DNA of 63,171 nt, filler included, from Dicyema japonicum (GCA_011109175.1; 12 parts of 12 records of this genome joined end to end with filler, not necessarily neighbours in it), one strand, 5' to 3'. Counted from the first letter of the whole stretch, positions 13,260 through 25,899 are shown. Translations and numbers: made by a program. Notes: a model not told the origin generated them from the letters alone.

Positions 13260-14229
13260 TGACGACATCCAAAAAATTCAATTAGATGTATTTTTTATGG
13301 ACCGATTTGAAAAATCTAAAAAAAAGATACAGAAAATTATCAGAACAGTTAATTTTTGAAGACGAAGGGATAGTATACATAAAATACAAAAACCAGAGGT
13401 TACGTTTTTTCCCCCAAGAAGAAAAGGAACTTGAACTAATAAAAACTATCGAGGTGATTGTTACATAATCATTATAGATTGAACATATGAGGACACATTT
13501 TGGAAGAGAGAAGTTGCTTTCGATACTGAGGAAGGAAATTTATGCAGTAACCCGAGACGAAATTACTGCTGTGAACTCAAAATGCGTCCACTGTCAGGTG
13601 CATATGCATTGAATTATTTGTAGTCAAAAAAGTTGATGGCGACTAAGCCAACAATTACTCCTATTATTGCAAGAGGGCTTAAAGATCGCTATATTGCAGA
13701 TTTGGTGGATTTAAGAAGGTATGCTAGCCTTAATAGCGATAATGGATGGGTATTCCTTTCTAATTTAATTGTAGTTGGTTGTGGTTATAGATTCATTTTT
13801 CAAATTCGCAGCTGTAAAACTTGCCAAACGGAAATCTGCGGAGGAAATTACGAGAAAAACAAGGAATAATTTCTTGATGATTGGTCCCTCATTAATTCTA
13901 CAGACGGATAATGGGAAAGAATTTAAGAACAAATGTATGGAAACAATGTGTAATGATTTAAAAATCATACACATAAGTGGACGACCTAAAGCACCATGGA
14001 TTCAGGGTCAAGTAAAGAGACAGTTATTTGTAAATTTATCTTTAGATACAATCAATCGATCAAAAGGTGGATTAGCTCCACTAGTGCGTCAAATGGGTCA
14101 TTTGTCAGCTATAAGCAGATAGATTATAACATGGCAAAGCATCAAGTTGCTAAAGATACCTGCGAACTTAGAGATACGAATGACGATTTATTTAAAAATG
14201 TACACAGAAGTCGTCTGAAAAAAATATGA
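13260..14229 (+). mobile_element. Ginger/KRBA2-like DDE integrase, frameshifted
   Basis: H..THFGREK...CVHCQ zinc-binding remnant; ADLVDLR, VIDSFFKF, ILQTDNGKEFKN, SGRPKAPWIQGQV. Confidence 0.8.
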
Positions 14230-14489
14230 CCTTTATAAAAAAAAATTTAGATAATAAAAAATTTTGAATTGTTTATAGTGGTTTTTAAACGGAGAACCTA
14301 AAAAAATGTAGAATGTAATAAAATACGTTATTGATTAAGAAAAATTGGTGATGTGTGTTTTGCCGACTCTTGGTAAAATTCATTCGATCAAAAAATTGAT
14401 AAAAAATAGAATAATTCGACTTAATTCCATTATCAAGTTATTTTTAATTAATTATCAGGTTATTTTCGTTTGATTTTATTAAAATTTAT

Positions 14490-14672
14490 GAGGGAGCATT
14501 ATCCACATCCATCCGAACCTGAAACTTTGGCTTGGAAACTTCCTAAATGGAAGACGAGCACAAGTACTCTGCAACAACATCAAATCAAGATCTCGCTATT
14601 TCCCAAATGGAGTCCCTCAAGGCTCCCCACTATCACCCCAACTCTTCAATCTCTACATAAACGACATGCCAC
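14490..14672 (+). mobile_element. LINE RT fragment
   Basis: WLGNFLNGRRAQV...NGVPQGSPLSP. Confidence 0.7.
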
Positions 14673-14675
14673 AAN

Positions 14676-15276
14676 TGGTTTTTTTCTACATACACGAGCA
14701 TATATTTGCTCCCTTCTTAAATAATTTGCGATGGATCTTTTACCGACTGTTCTTCCGGTTATTTTACGGAGATCATTCCTTAAGCAATCAGCTGTTTTTT
14801 GGGGGTCCTCTTTAACCAGGTTGAGTAAAATAAGGATATCGTCCTTATTAAGAATTTTTGGTCTCCCCGAACCTTTCATTCTTTCAGTCGTACCATATTT
14901 AATGAATTTTCGGATGAAGTCAGCGATAGTTGATTGCGGGATATTAAGCTCGTCAGATATTTTTTTAGTGGTCCAATTTAACGCATTCAAGCTTAGAATC
15001 TTTCCTTTTGTTATTATATCAAGCATTCGTAATTTTATCGAGCGTTAAAATTCTAAAAAAAGTAAAAAATCTCACACTCACCAGAATAAACGGTTTTTTA
15101 TTGCGCTCGTGTAATTAAAATTTTTAATTTAGACATATAACACAATACAAAAAAAATATAACAAAATTGATTTAGGGTTAATTTAATGATCCCTTTCGAT
15201 ATCGACAAAGAAAAATCACGGTTATCTTTGCAAAATATGCCGTATTTAAAAAAACGGTTTTTTTTTGCACCTAGTG
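14676..15276 (-). mobile_element. Tc1-family transposon 5' half with terminal repeat
   Basis: ORF 14646-15026 has paired HTH motifs (IPQSTIADFIRK, GSGRPKIL, RSIANYLRREQIYARVCRKKP). The minus strand begins TA|CACTAGGTGCAAAA at 15276; truncated at the N at 14675. Confidence 0.85.
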
Positions 15277-15319
15277 TATTTATTTACAAGGAAAAACCGA
15301 AAAAAGAGAGAGATAAATT

Positions 15320-15843
15320 AATGAGACAAAGTATGCCTCTTCTGCGTTGTTCCCTCTTTTTTATGGTTAATTTCAGAATCGAGAGGCAAATGCTCTCTCA
15401 AGAACACTTCCAATCTTTTCCGTCGCGTCGTCCATCTCCTGAGGGATGGGTTGGTCCAGCTGGAGCCCATTTGCCAATTTGATGGCATATCGTCTCGTCT
15501 TTTCGAGCTTAGCGATAATGCCATTCCTTTCGGCAGTGGGGTACCATCCCTCGAACCCGTAGGTAAGCACTGGTTCGACGCACGTTTTATAAACAAATAA
15601 AAACGTTTCCGGACTAAGGTGAAAGTGGATTATGCTCCTGAGGATTTGAGCGCATTTCGTCCTCCTCGAATCGATGTATCTGAAGTAAGAACCCTTGGCT
15701 CCAACTTCAACCCCAAGGTATTTTAGGTTCTCAGTTACTGTAAACCCATGGAGGTTTCTCGGCGGTTTTCGTTTTGCTCTCTGTTTCGCAATCCAAGTGG
15801 CGGTGCACTTTTCTTTTGCGAGTGTCAGTCCTTTTGATATGCA
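15320..15843 (-). mobile_element. APE-type LINE RT C-terminal fragment
   Basis: ENLKYLGVEV...YKTCVEPVLTYGFEGW...LEKTRRYAIKL. Confidence 0.65.
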
Positions 15844-16249
15844 NNNNNNNNNNNNNNNNNNNNNNNNNNNNNNNNNNNNNNNNNNNNTTAATTAATTAAN
15901 NNNNNNNNNNNNNNNNNNNNNNNNNNNNNNNNNNNNNNNNNNNGGATCAGAGGATAACATGAACAGTTATACACCAAGACAGTGACGAGAGAGCGTTCAA
16001 TCCGTTACTTGGGAGTTACATTTGAGGACATAAGTAGTTTAGATCGCTTAATCTATAATTGAGGAACATGGGGGTCTCCAAAACAGGTTAGGGAAAATAT
16101 TGATAGTTTCTACTCCGGAAGGCACTCAATATACGATACACTATGAAGGTCACTAACGCAGAGTTATTAAAACAGAACCACTGTCGATGGAAACTGTTCG
16201 GAACGCATGCCAGAATATTTGAAAATGACAAAGTGTACTAAAAATCCCC

Positions 16250-16480
16250 TTGGTCGGGTGCATACTCTCCAAAGTCTTTTATAGCACTACCGTCTCCTCC
16301 AACTTGAGGGAATCCAGATTCCCTTTGAAGAATCTGGAGACAATTCCATCCCAGTTGATGACCACAGGGATTATTTTCCTGCTTGAGGCAGTTTTACGAA
16401 TCAAATCCGTATATCAGCTAATTGATTTGCTCCCCTCAATATTTTTTGTCTGAATCCCTAGATCTCGAATGGAGGATATT
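16250..16480 (-). mobile_element. R4-like restriction-like endonuclease C-terminal remnant
   Basis: YTDL...KIIPVVINWDGIVSRFFK. Confidence 0.55.
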
Positions 16481-17165
16481 TTTAATCAAAATGCTCGGAG
16501 ATGCGAGGAAAATGCGTTTTGATCAATATTTTCCAATCAAAAGTGTTGAGAAATATCTCGACTACGATACAATCACCATCCGGATCTCCACATCAAAACG
16601 TGCACTTGAAAATGGTTGATATTCCTCTATGATAAAACCTGTTGGTCTGGACGGATAGATCAAAAACAATCTGACGGAAATACAATATGGGGGAAGCTAC
16701 TGGTATGAGACGGGTATCGTCTCCTTTCTAATACAAGCATCGTCGGTATTGGGGTAAACGAAATATCTGACACATAAAAGGTCGAGAATTTTAGACGAAG
16801 AAAGAACGAAGGATTCTTGAAGCGATTAACGTTGTGAGACAATTAGAGACCTAAGTAGAAACCTGTCCAGTGGAGTGGGGGGAGCAAATGATCCTTTTAT
16901 GTACCAGCCTGGCTCTGGGCGCTACCTGAGACAGGTGACGCAACTGTAGTAGGAAAAACAGCAGGCAGAACAGACAAAAACAAAAAACTTAAATCAATTA
17001 AAGTGCCACGCGGCTATAGCTTTTTAAGGGACTGAGACAACTAGCTACACTCAAAGATAACATCGGTGAAACACAGTGGCTCCATTGCATTGTGAAAGGC
17101 AAAATTAAAAAAAATGAAAATATTTAAAACGTGTAAATAATCAATATTTAATTAATTTAAATTAA

Positions 17166-17632
17166 CTGGTTGATGATGAAAAGGCTCTCAAATGTGTCAC
17201 CAACGCTGAGAGAAAGGGAAAGAGGCAGGTCATCATCCCTGCTTCGAAAATGATAGTCCAGTTTTTAAGGATGATGCAGAAATATCGTAGCATTTTGACT
17301 TTCAATTTATAGTATATATCTCCAGTTTTGAGTTTGTGGTCGCCAATGGCTCGAACAAGATCGTCGTCAATCTCATTGGGAGGATCAATCGAGTAGAATT
17401 CAAATTTATGCTTTAGTGTGGAGTTATAAAGCCACGTTTTGACGTAGCTCATGTAGAAATTGAGTAGTGGACCACCAACCTACTGCCATCTCGTCAGTTC
17501 GGGTTTTGTTGGTCTCTTATCTTTAGACACGTTATATTTACCACTTCCAAGGGAGTCGTTGAACACGGGTATGCAAGGAAGAACAAAGTTGGTGGAAAGA
17601 TCCTTGGATTTTTCTATTATGTTCTTATTTGA
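17166..17632 (+). pseudogene. RPS15A: 40S ribosomal protein S15a (uS8), unprocessed pseudogene
   Basis: Introns 17287-17312 (26 nt), 17393-17416 (24 nt), 17503-17526 (24 nt). Spliced: ALKCVTNAERKGKRQVII-PASKMIVQFLRMMQKY..ISSFE...KIVVNLIGRINR/CGVIKPRFDV...[19 protein letters not shown]...[10 protein letters not shown]. Lesions: start CTG plus 5' deletion, missing Arg codon, TAG at 17465-17467, normal stop read as TAT. Confidence 0.92.
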
Positions 17633-17967
17633 ACCATTTTTCTAAAATAATCTATTTTTATGGGCGAGGTGACGGACTCGGGAGTCATTGGAAACCCAAA
17701 GTCCTGAAGTAAGCGTCTAATTCACACAGTTCCACATTCGAACACAGTCCAATCCAAAATTGAATAAAGTCGAAGGATCATCTATTAGAAGCTTCACGGA
17801 TCATTAGCTTAGACATGCGTTGATGACTTTAAATGCTTTTCACAGAAAACAAGAAGGATTCCTGCTAACAGTATTATGGAGTCTACTTCCTCTGCTAAGA
17901 GGCTTTTAGAGGGAAGCCAAGAACAACGTAGTCATCAATAAGGACATTAGACTCGGGTGATATAGAC

Positions 17968-19930
17968 CAGGGGTTGTCGACTTTTTTTACTTGTCAACCC
18001 CTTGACTTTTTTTCGACCCTTTCTTTTTTATTTAGAACAGACAATTCTAAGTAAAAATTAGTTAATGAATTCATTGTTAAAAATCAAACTGATGTTTCTG
18101 ACCAAAGATTCGATATCTGGCTCTATTTGTGTTATTTTTGAACGAATATCTCTTCTAATGGGCACATCCAATCTGTTTCGTTCTTTATTTACAATTCGAT
18201 GTAGAATGCTAAATCCGCATTCAACACAGTATGATGTCGGAAAATAGAGTAGCAATTGTGCTATTTCTGTCCACAATTTTGGATAACTCTCTTTCACTTT
18301 CATATTTTGCCAAAAATTTAAATTAAATTAATAAATTAAAAAAAATTAATTTAAATTAATATTTTGCCAAAAAATAACAGGTGATTGTGAATCATTGAAC
18401 ATTTTCTTTTTGTTCTTCTGGCTTTGAAAAAACGGATTAGTCATCCAAGATGGAATTTCTAATTCNCGGTTATTATCGTTGCTTAAATGATCAAGAAAAC
18501 CCCTTAGCTGATAGAATACAGCACATTGTTCTATTGTTTCCTCCAAATTTATGGAATGTGTATGAAGCTACACTCATTAATAAACAAAGAACAAATAACT
18601 ATTGTGAAGGGTGAATTTCTAATTCAAGAATATCTTGGAATCGAAGAATCAAATCTTTTTCTATGCTTATTAATAAATGTTGCAAAAAGTTGTTAATATC
18701 TTCATTAAATGTTTGACCAATTGAGTGGAATTCGGGAATGTTATAATAATTTCTTTTCTCCAAGTTATATTTATATAACTTAATTTTTTCGATAAATATT
18801 TGAATAATTCTTCTAAAATCTATTAACGTTACATACTTTCTCTGAAGTTCTAATGAAACTATTAAATTTTCCAAAAATCCAAGTCAAATAAACAATTTCT
18901 TTCTTTTTCGACACAATTAAATCTGCTAAATTTTTATCACCTTCAGAAGTAAGAAAATTTACGATTGTGTCAAATAATATTAAAAATCGTTCTAATGCAT
19001 TACTTTTTGATAACCATCGTACCTATAAAATAAAAGTGGAAACTATAACCTCAGTGTGAAGCACAAGACGGACATATGTTCGTTTAGCCTCATAGCAAAA
19101 TTTTCTAAAAAGACGATCATACTTGCTTTAATTTTGTTTATGGTTTTAATAACTATATTTAACGTTTCATGTAGAATTAGTGAAAGAGCTTTTGAAACCA
19201 AATGTTGTATATGTAGGACGCAATGTAAATGAATCACATTTGGACAAATTTTTTTCAAATATGCCGCAAATTCTTTATATTTTCCAACCATAGACATTCA
19301 CCATCTGTGGCACAAAGAACCAAATTTTCATATGGAATCTTCTTGTCATCCAAAAATAATTTGACTACAGAAAAAATAGAAAATCCAGTCATTTCAGTTT
19401 CCAAATATTTGACGAATAATAAAGCTTATGTAGGAAGAGCATGATCGTCAAAAAATCTTAAAGGGTAAGCTTCTAATAAGATTAACCTGACATATCCGAT
19501 TAGAATTGATTGGTTGTCACATATATGACTTTCGTCAATTTTAAGCGAAAAAATAGTATTTTTAATCCTTTCACATAAAATATGTTCAACATTATCTGCC
19601 ATTTCGTCAATCCTTCCGATTAGAATTGATTGGTTGTCACATATATGACTTTCGTCAATTTTAAGCGAAAAAATAGTATTTTTAATCCTTTCACATAAAA
19701 TATGTTCAACATTATCTGCCATTTCGTCAATCCTGCGGCGAATTGAATCATTGCTAATTGGTACGGAATTTAAATTTCATCGAGATTTAAGCCCGTAAGA
19801 TCTGATAGAATCACTGATAGATGGTTTGATGAGATTTTCACCAGAAACATGGTAACTCTCATTTTTAACAATAATCATTGCAATTTTATAGGATGCAATT
19901 AGTCCTCCTAAATATAATTTAAAATAACTC
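17968..19930 (-). mobile_element. Near full-length decayed Buster/ZBED5-type hAT transposon with 3' TIR
   Basis: IASYKIA...GENLIKP, RRIDEMADNVE...FSLKIDES, HCVLHIQHL, V.WLSKS, YFPTSYCVECGFS. Terminal CAGGGGTTG at 17968, preceded by the 8-mer ATATAGAC with central TA (Buster target signature). Confidence 0.88.
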
Positions 19931-19987
19931 TCGAATCCGCCGTAATTTCCCAGGTCCAAAATTTGGCGAATTAGAGAGGTTTTACTG
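19928..19987. mobile_element. pogo/Tc1-type MITE remnant
   Basis: End GAGAGGTTTTACTG|TA at 19987; inner inverted repeat CTCTCGAATCCGCC (19928-19941) vs GGCGAATTAGAGAG (19965-19978), 12/14 match. Confidence 0.55.
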
Positions 19988-20213
19988 TATTTGGACGATA
20001 AGGCGACTGNNNNNNNNNNNNNNNNNNNNNNNNNNNNNNNNNNNNNNNNNNNNTTAATTAATTAANNNNNNNNNNNNNNNNNNNNNNNNNNNNNNNNNNN
20101 NNNNNNNNNTATTAAGAAATTTTATCTGTAGAAATTTACAGGATTTTCTAAAATTATATTTAATTAATTCCAATTTATTTTTTAATTTAAATTATACTTG
20201 TTACTCGTTTATT

Positions 20214-20797
20214 ATGTCGTTGTGTTTGTTTTCATTGTTTAACTTTTAGTTAAAGTAGAGTTTTCCAATAATTATAATCAACAATTGAAGATAATTTTGA
20301 AAAAATTTTGTGACATTATAAATTTGATTAAAAAAAATAATGTTGATGGCGCTATTATTTTGGAGAAGGCGTCGAACTCTCAACTGTTTCATAACCAATG
20401 TCAAAAAGAAATACCGTCAATCTATTTTAGAGAATATTCTATTGTGTCTAAAAGTAAACTACAATCATTTTATCTCGAACTTTATATTATTTCTAAAAGA
20501 ATTGATTCATTAAATAGAAAAATGTATAAATTGCTAACAAACCTAAAATCTTTAAGAAAATTGGATGAATTTCAAGAATTTTGTGATTTTCACTTTTTCG
20601 ATCTTTGTTGCGATATATGCCAAAACTTGTATTCACAGAGTGTAGAAGATTATGAACTAAAATGTGGAATTATTTCCATATTTAGAAATATCAATGCTAA
20701 TAGTTCTTCTATAATGAGTCTTATTTCACTTTGGTTGAAACAAGTATCGTTGGATGAAACTCTTGAAGTAAAAATTAGAAATTTTATACAAAATTGA
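20214..20797 (+). CDS. CINP: CDK2-interacting protein (CINP)-like, two exons, 185 aa
   Basis: ATG 20214, exon 20214-20223, 26-nt GT-AG intron 20224-20249, exon 20250-20797, all in one frame. C-terminus Y....ELK..I.......SSSIMSLISLWLKQVSLD resembles CINP Y.KEL.LK......L.YLSMWLHQPY; N-terminal N.DG.I....SN also aligns. Confidence 0.6.
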
Positions 20798-21129
20798 TAA
20801 TTTTTAATAAAACAAACTGTAAATGAGTGATTGGTAGCTGCAAGTATTGAGTGCTTAAGGGTAACAGATTCACGTTACATTGGATTTTTCATTTTTTATA
20901 AAGTTTATTTATTTATTGTTCTATGTGATAGCGTTCGGGTTGATAAGACAAATTTATCACTTGAAAATATTAACAACCACTAAGTTTTGCTTCGAAGATC
21001 TGTCTTTTGTTCAAACAAATTTATCACTTGAAAACATTAACAACCACTAAGTTTTGCTTCGAAGATCTGTCCTTTGTTCCTTAAAAGAACAAAAAAATAT
21101 TTTGAGTCAATAAAGCGATTAAACGTGAA

Positions 21130-21480
21130 AAGGTTAGAAAATAGAAGAGGTCGAAGGATCGGTCCCTTGTTCTCTCAAAAACAAAAAAATTATTTTGAGT
21201 CAATAAAGGTTTGAAAAAGAGTTTTGTAACACTGAGGTTTCAGCATTATTATGTGATCGGGGGATAACGGCGATTCATGATAGATCAAGACACCCTCAAT
21301 CACAAGGGTAGGTGGAACGCTAAAATCAAACGATAAAGCGTTGGTTAGCGAAAACTCTATTTAAATCCAAATCTAATAATTGGATTGAAAACTACTGTTT
21401 ATAAATATAACATTTCTATTCATCGTGCTACTGGAAAGTCACCTTTCAGGATAGCTTAAGGAATTTTATTTTTACACAAT
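21130..21480 (+). mobile_element. Ginger/KRBA2-like integrase fragment
   Basis: IHDRSRHPQSQG*VER*NQTIKRWL. Confidence 0.7.
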
Positions 21481-21489
21481 TATTTGTAA

Positions 21490-22060
21490 CTTTGGGATTC
21501 AATACTGTTTCTATGTCTAATATTAAAGTGATCGAATTACCAGCCCACATAACTGAACATTTTTCAGATGATGAAATTCAATCAAGACAATCTTGAACTC
21601 TGCGTGGTGGTGTATCAACTCCAACTCTTTGGAAAGAAACTTTTTAGTTTATCGTTTAATGCGCATTTTGATTCATCAATATACTCTTGCAGAACGGCAA
21701 AGCATGTAATGTTATTTTTATTTATGACCATCAAAATTTGTTCGCCATAAATACACTCGATGATTTTTTTGAACATGGCTTAATAAGATTTTCGGCAATT
21801 GTATGTGCCTCTCCACAACGTGCTACAAAATAACTTACCTGTTTAATTAAAATAATTGTAGATGCATTCAATANTAATGTTATTTTTATTTATGGATGAC
21901 CGTCAAAATTTGTTCGCCATAAATACACTCGATGATTTTTTTGAACATGGCTTAATAAGATTTTCGGCAATTGTATGTGCCTCTCCACAACGTGCTACAA
22001 AATAACTTACCTGTTTAATTAAAATAATTGTAGATGCATTCAATATTTTTAATGCAATTA
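21490..22060 (-). mobile_element. Buster-type hAT fragment, partly duplicated across the N at 21874
   Basis: VSYFVARCGEAHTIAENLIKPCS. Confidence 0.65.
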
Positions 22061-22157
22061 TTGTTTCTCATTAAAAATCTTATAAAATTGACAAACTAAC
22101 ACAAAACAAAAACAAGATATAATTATTATTATAAGCAACATTCGTAAAATCATAATA

Positions 22158-22230
22158 CAGTACAACCCCGCCCTAATAAATCCCCGGCCTTGGGCCACCC
22201 TCTGTATTTTGGGCACCCTCTGTTTTGAAA
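22158..22230. mobile_element. Tc1/pogo-like terminal remnants
   Basis: TA|CAGTACAACCCCG start, followed by two CACCCTCTGT ends; no matching partner TIR found. Confidence 0.3.
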
Positions 22231-22384
22231 GCGAATTTTTAATAAATATTATTTTGAATGATTTTTACATTTTTTTGACCAATAGGAAGCCTAAATTTAA
22301 AATACAAAACCCCGCTTTTTTTCAATCGATAATATTAAAATTTATTATTTCATTTTTATCTTTATTCAATATATATACTATAAT

Positions 22385-23065
22385 TTGTTGTTTTGGAGCA
22401 TGTTTGTTTCTCAGAATGAGTTAGAAACATTACCAGAGGACCTATCTACGAATGGATATGAAAGAGAAACCAACACTAACGTAGACATGGTGGTCAATGG
22501 AGTACTTACAGAACAGGGAATTTCTCATAATAATATGACTTCTACTATCACTTCACTAAGGGCGATGGCTGAATCGGTTGTCCAAGATAACAAAGCTGAA
22601 TAGATCGCACAAGTTGCTGGAACTGCCGACTCGAGATTTGGAAGGATTCCTCGAGGTGGGTGGCCGTTAATCGCAGATATCTTCAATATGCGGTTCGGTA
22701 CCACCAAATATGTGGCAAACGTAAAATTACTTCTCAAAACTCATGTAAAGAATACTACGTGTCACCAAGAAGGAAATCGGCAGAGCGTCGAGAAGTTGGA
22801 GATTGCCTGTTTCATTAAGTGCTTGGAAGAGTTTTCATGCCGGATTCAAGAGATCAAGTCGATGCTCCGGGATAAACGAAAACCAACCAAGAAAATTCCT
22901 TATCAGTTTCTCAAAAAGGATATATTATCCGAATTAAATTATGCTGTGGGATACTATATCAATAATATGCCCCCTAATACAATGGAAGGTATTACAGATA
23001 TTCTGTATGCAACACAATGCTCATATGAAACACTAACTACTACTGTTNGACGTCCATACGAATAG
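22385..23065 (+). mobile_element. R4-like element N-terminal region (Myb-like segment)
   Basis: RGGWPLIADIFNMRFG...IPYQFLKKDIL..LN; homologous to the minus-strand copy at 51470-52130 (RGG*PFIANYFNSKFG, IPFQFVNDNL). Confidence 0.5.
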
Positions 23066-23099
23066 ACTTATTCTTCCAGTTTATTTTTCTAAGTCAAAT

Positions 23100-24320
23100 C
23101 ATAGTCTTCACTTTGAGCAGAGTGCGTCCACATACGACAACAAAATATGCTGTCTGAGCTTCTCCAGCAGCGAAAAGTACTCCTCGTCGCACAGTTTAAA
23201 ATAATGCTGGGAATAGTCCTCTATCGTCACACAAATTATCTCAGAGACATTTTTATCATGTCTATCCCCAAACCTACTGTAAAACATATCGGGGACCATT
23301 TGTCAGTGCACAGGTCACGCAGGAATTTTCCCAAGTCGAGGAGCATTTCATCGATCAGTGCTTGTACGCTAACATGCTTATAGAACCTACCAATAGTTGA
23401 CCAAGGATGAGCAGTTTGACTGAAACGACAGAAATTTCTCCTCTGCGGGTGAATTTTCAAAGACTAGTGCGGAAGACTGAAAGTATTTGACTGCAATTTT
23501 CTTTATGTTTTCAGTCATTAATGCCAGATTATTGCAATTTGCAATCTAAACGCGTAATTACCGGGGGAAACGAGGTAAAAAGTGTAGAGTGGAGGAACAC
23601 TGCGATTCTGAGAATGTGTCGAGACGAGGTTAGTTATTTCCTCTAGAGATGATAAGGAGGTATACTTTTGTAGCTCACAACAAACTTGTTTANNNNNNNN
23701 NNNNNNNNNNNNNNNNNNNNNNNNNNNNNNNNNNNNNNNNNNNNNNNNNNNNNNNNNNNNNNNNNNNNNNNNGGGGGAAACGAGGTAAAAAGTGTAGAGT
23801 GGAGGAACACTGCGATTCTGAGAATGTGTCGAGACGAGGTTAGTTATTTCCTCTAGAGATGATAAGGAGGTATACTTTTGTAGCTCACAACAAACTTGTT
23901 TAGGGAATCCATAGAGATTTCCACGGCTCTTTGAATGACGGGGTACTTCACCAGGTTCGATATGAGTTCCAGCTACAAATATGGGGGACGACAAACTCTT
24001 TGGTCAAGAATAGCAATGATAGAGAAATATAAAGGAGTCTGGAATTTATCAGATGAGTTGGTCTCCGGTTCGTTGGAAGAGAGCCAATCATCCTGGTCAT
24101 GAGCCAACCCCTTAGCCAGGCAGGCAGTGACGTCATTAGCAAAGAAGTTCAAAAATCTACGAATCAGAGTGATGACTACAAATTTATGAGCTTATCCATC
24201 ACATCTTGGCTTACCAGAGGGCCCAAGGGGACAAAGTTCATTTTGACTTTGACGTCCACAAAGAAATAAGGGGTTCTAAAATCAGCTAAGGTACACGACA
24301 ATGCTTTGTCGATCCAATTG
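23100..24320 (-). mobile_element. APE-type LINE RT 3' fragment, with duplication across the N gap at 23693-23771
   Basis: IFVAGTHIE; RFYKHVSVQ tail; the two sides of the gap repeat about 120 bp. Confidence 0.45.
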
Positions 24321-24489
24321 ATGAAGGGTAAGAGCTGTTGTCCCTGAACCTCTTTGACCAGATCATTTAGCTATGTAAGATNNNNNNNNNNNNNNNNNNN
24401 NNNNNNNNNNNNNNNNNNNNNNNNNTTAATTAATTAANNNNNNNNNNNNNNNNNNNNNNNNNNNNNNNNNNNNNNNNNNNNCATTGCTT

Positions 24490-24740
24490 AGTTTGACACA
24501 ACAGTATTCTCACACCGAAAGAGTACAACACAAAAAGATATTATAAACCTAACTATTGTAATAAATACTGCGTGTATAAACACTCAAGGAATTGAAGGCT
24601 AAGCAACATGCATGTTTTACAAAAATAGACCAGTTAATGTCGTATAAAGTAGAGTTTGATAGACAGATAACACGGCAGTCATCGTCAGGACGTAGTTTAT
24701 TCATATTCCTCATGATTTTCTACACTAAGGAATATTATAA
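24490..24740 (+). mobile_element. Possible Merlin/ISXO2-like transposase remnant
   Basis: SHRK...INTQGIEG resembles the ISXO2 NHS...HTQ.IE.W motif; very degraded. Confidence 0.3.
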
Positions 24741-25039
24741 CTCATATTTTCCATAGGTTTAAGTTTATCGTTAATCTATGTAGATAGATATGGATACTTG
24801 GGTCAATGAGGCCTCTCAAATAAACTTTCCTTTCTGCCTGAGCAATATCCTCTGATGAAGATTGCATTATGAAAACTATTCCGCTAAAGAATGAAGTGAT
24901 GTCCGTGACGGTAGGACGTGGAACAAAAATGGAAGAGGCCGGACCTACTTTCCCACCTCCCTTCGGAAGCGGAAGTCTGTAATGAAGTGTTAAACGATGG
25001 ATTTGGTCGGCACAATCAGATGTTCTCCATTTGGTTCTT

Positions 25040-25650
25040 TCTTTGGATTGTTAGTTATGACTGTTTGTGTTGGGCTTATAATGGTAAGCCTGGGGTTAAT
25101 AATAATTATTATTTAATCAAAATAGTGATTGTCGGACGGCCAGTCATTTACTATGGGGAACCTAAGGTACCAAATATTTACTCGAATTTGATGAGACCTT
25201 CCAGTTATTAGATAACCTGAATTATAATATCAATTCCAACATTTAATAAAACTGCACCCTTCATTGTAAAATTCTCTAGAAAAAAGTATTGCTAACAAAT
25301 TCTTCCATGGAAATTACCGAGAAGGAATTAACAAATAAAATAGGTAAATGNNTTACTATGGGGAACCTAAGGTACCAAATATTTACTCGAATTTGATGAG
25401 ACCTTCCAGTTATTAGATAACCTGAATTAAAATATCCATTCCAAATTTTAATAAAACTGCACCCTTCATTGTAAAATTCTCTAGAAAAAAATATTGCTAA
25501 CAAATCCTTCCATGGAAATTACCGAGAAGGAATTAACAAATAAAATAGGTAAATGGGACTCGATGATGTCACTGAAACGTATATTAATCATACTTTGAAA
25601 ATATCCTTCCACTTGACAAATGTACTCTTTTCTTAGCTTTCCTATTGAGG
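25040..25650 (-). pseudogene. RPUSD2: RluA-family pseudouridine synthase (RPUSD2-like) fragment, partly duplicated across NN at 25351
   Basis: LRKEYICQVEGYF / 22-nt intron 25593-25572 / LPILFV...YNEGCSFIK / 24-nt intron 25240-25217 / CYLITGRSHQIRVNIWYLRFPIVND, matching the RluA motif TGRTHQIRVH..LG.PI.ND; frameshifts present. Confidence 0.8.
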
Positions 25651-25899
25651 GTCAACAATAAGGAAAAATGATGCTTATTTGAATATTGTGAATTAATTAA
25701 GTATTGATGTCACTAAGGCCGCTGGCGTCTATTTGGACATATCAAGAGACTCAACCCAGCAGCCCCTGCGAACTTGGTGATAGAATCTTGTTACTCCATT
25801 GACTGCTTATTAGGCATTACGTGTCCGACTACGCACAACCTTGCCAATTCTTCATGCTTAAGATATTAAATGTGTAGACAGTTAACTTAGATGGCATTG

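Noticed and set aside
16855-16945. HDV-like ribozyme fold in the 85-bp shared segment
   Set aside because: A P1-like pairing (ACCTGT/ACAGGT) exists, but no consistent P1.1 GG, P2 partner or J4/2 could be placed in either orientation in both copies.
17050-17100. U1 snRNA (CCATTGCA loop-like sequence)
   Set aside because: No 5' ACTTACCTG or Sm site in the right spacing.
17162-17452. 96-aa minus-strand ORF
   Set aside because: Antisense shadow of the RPS15A pseudogene.
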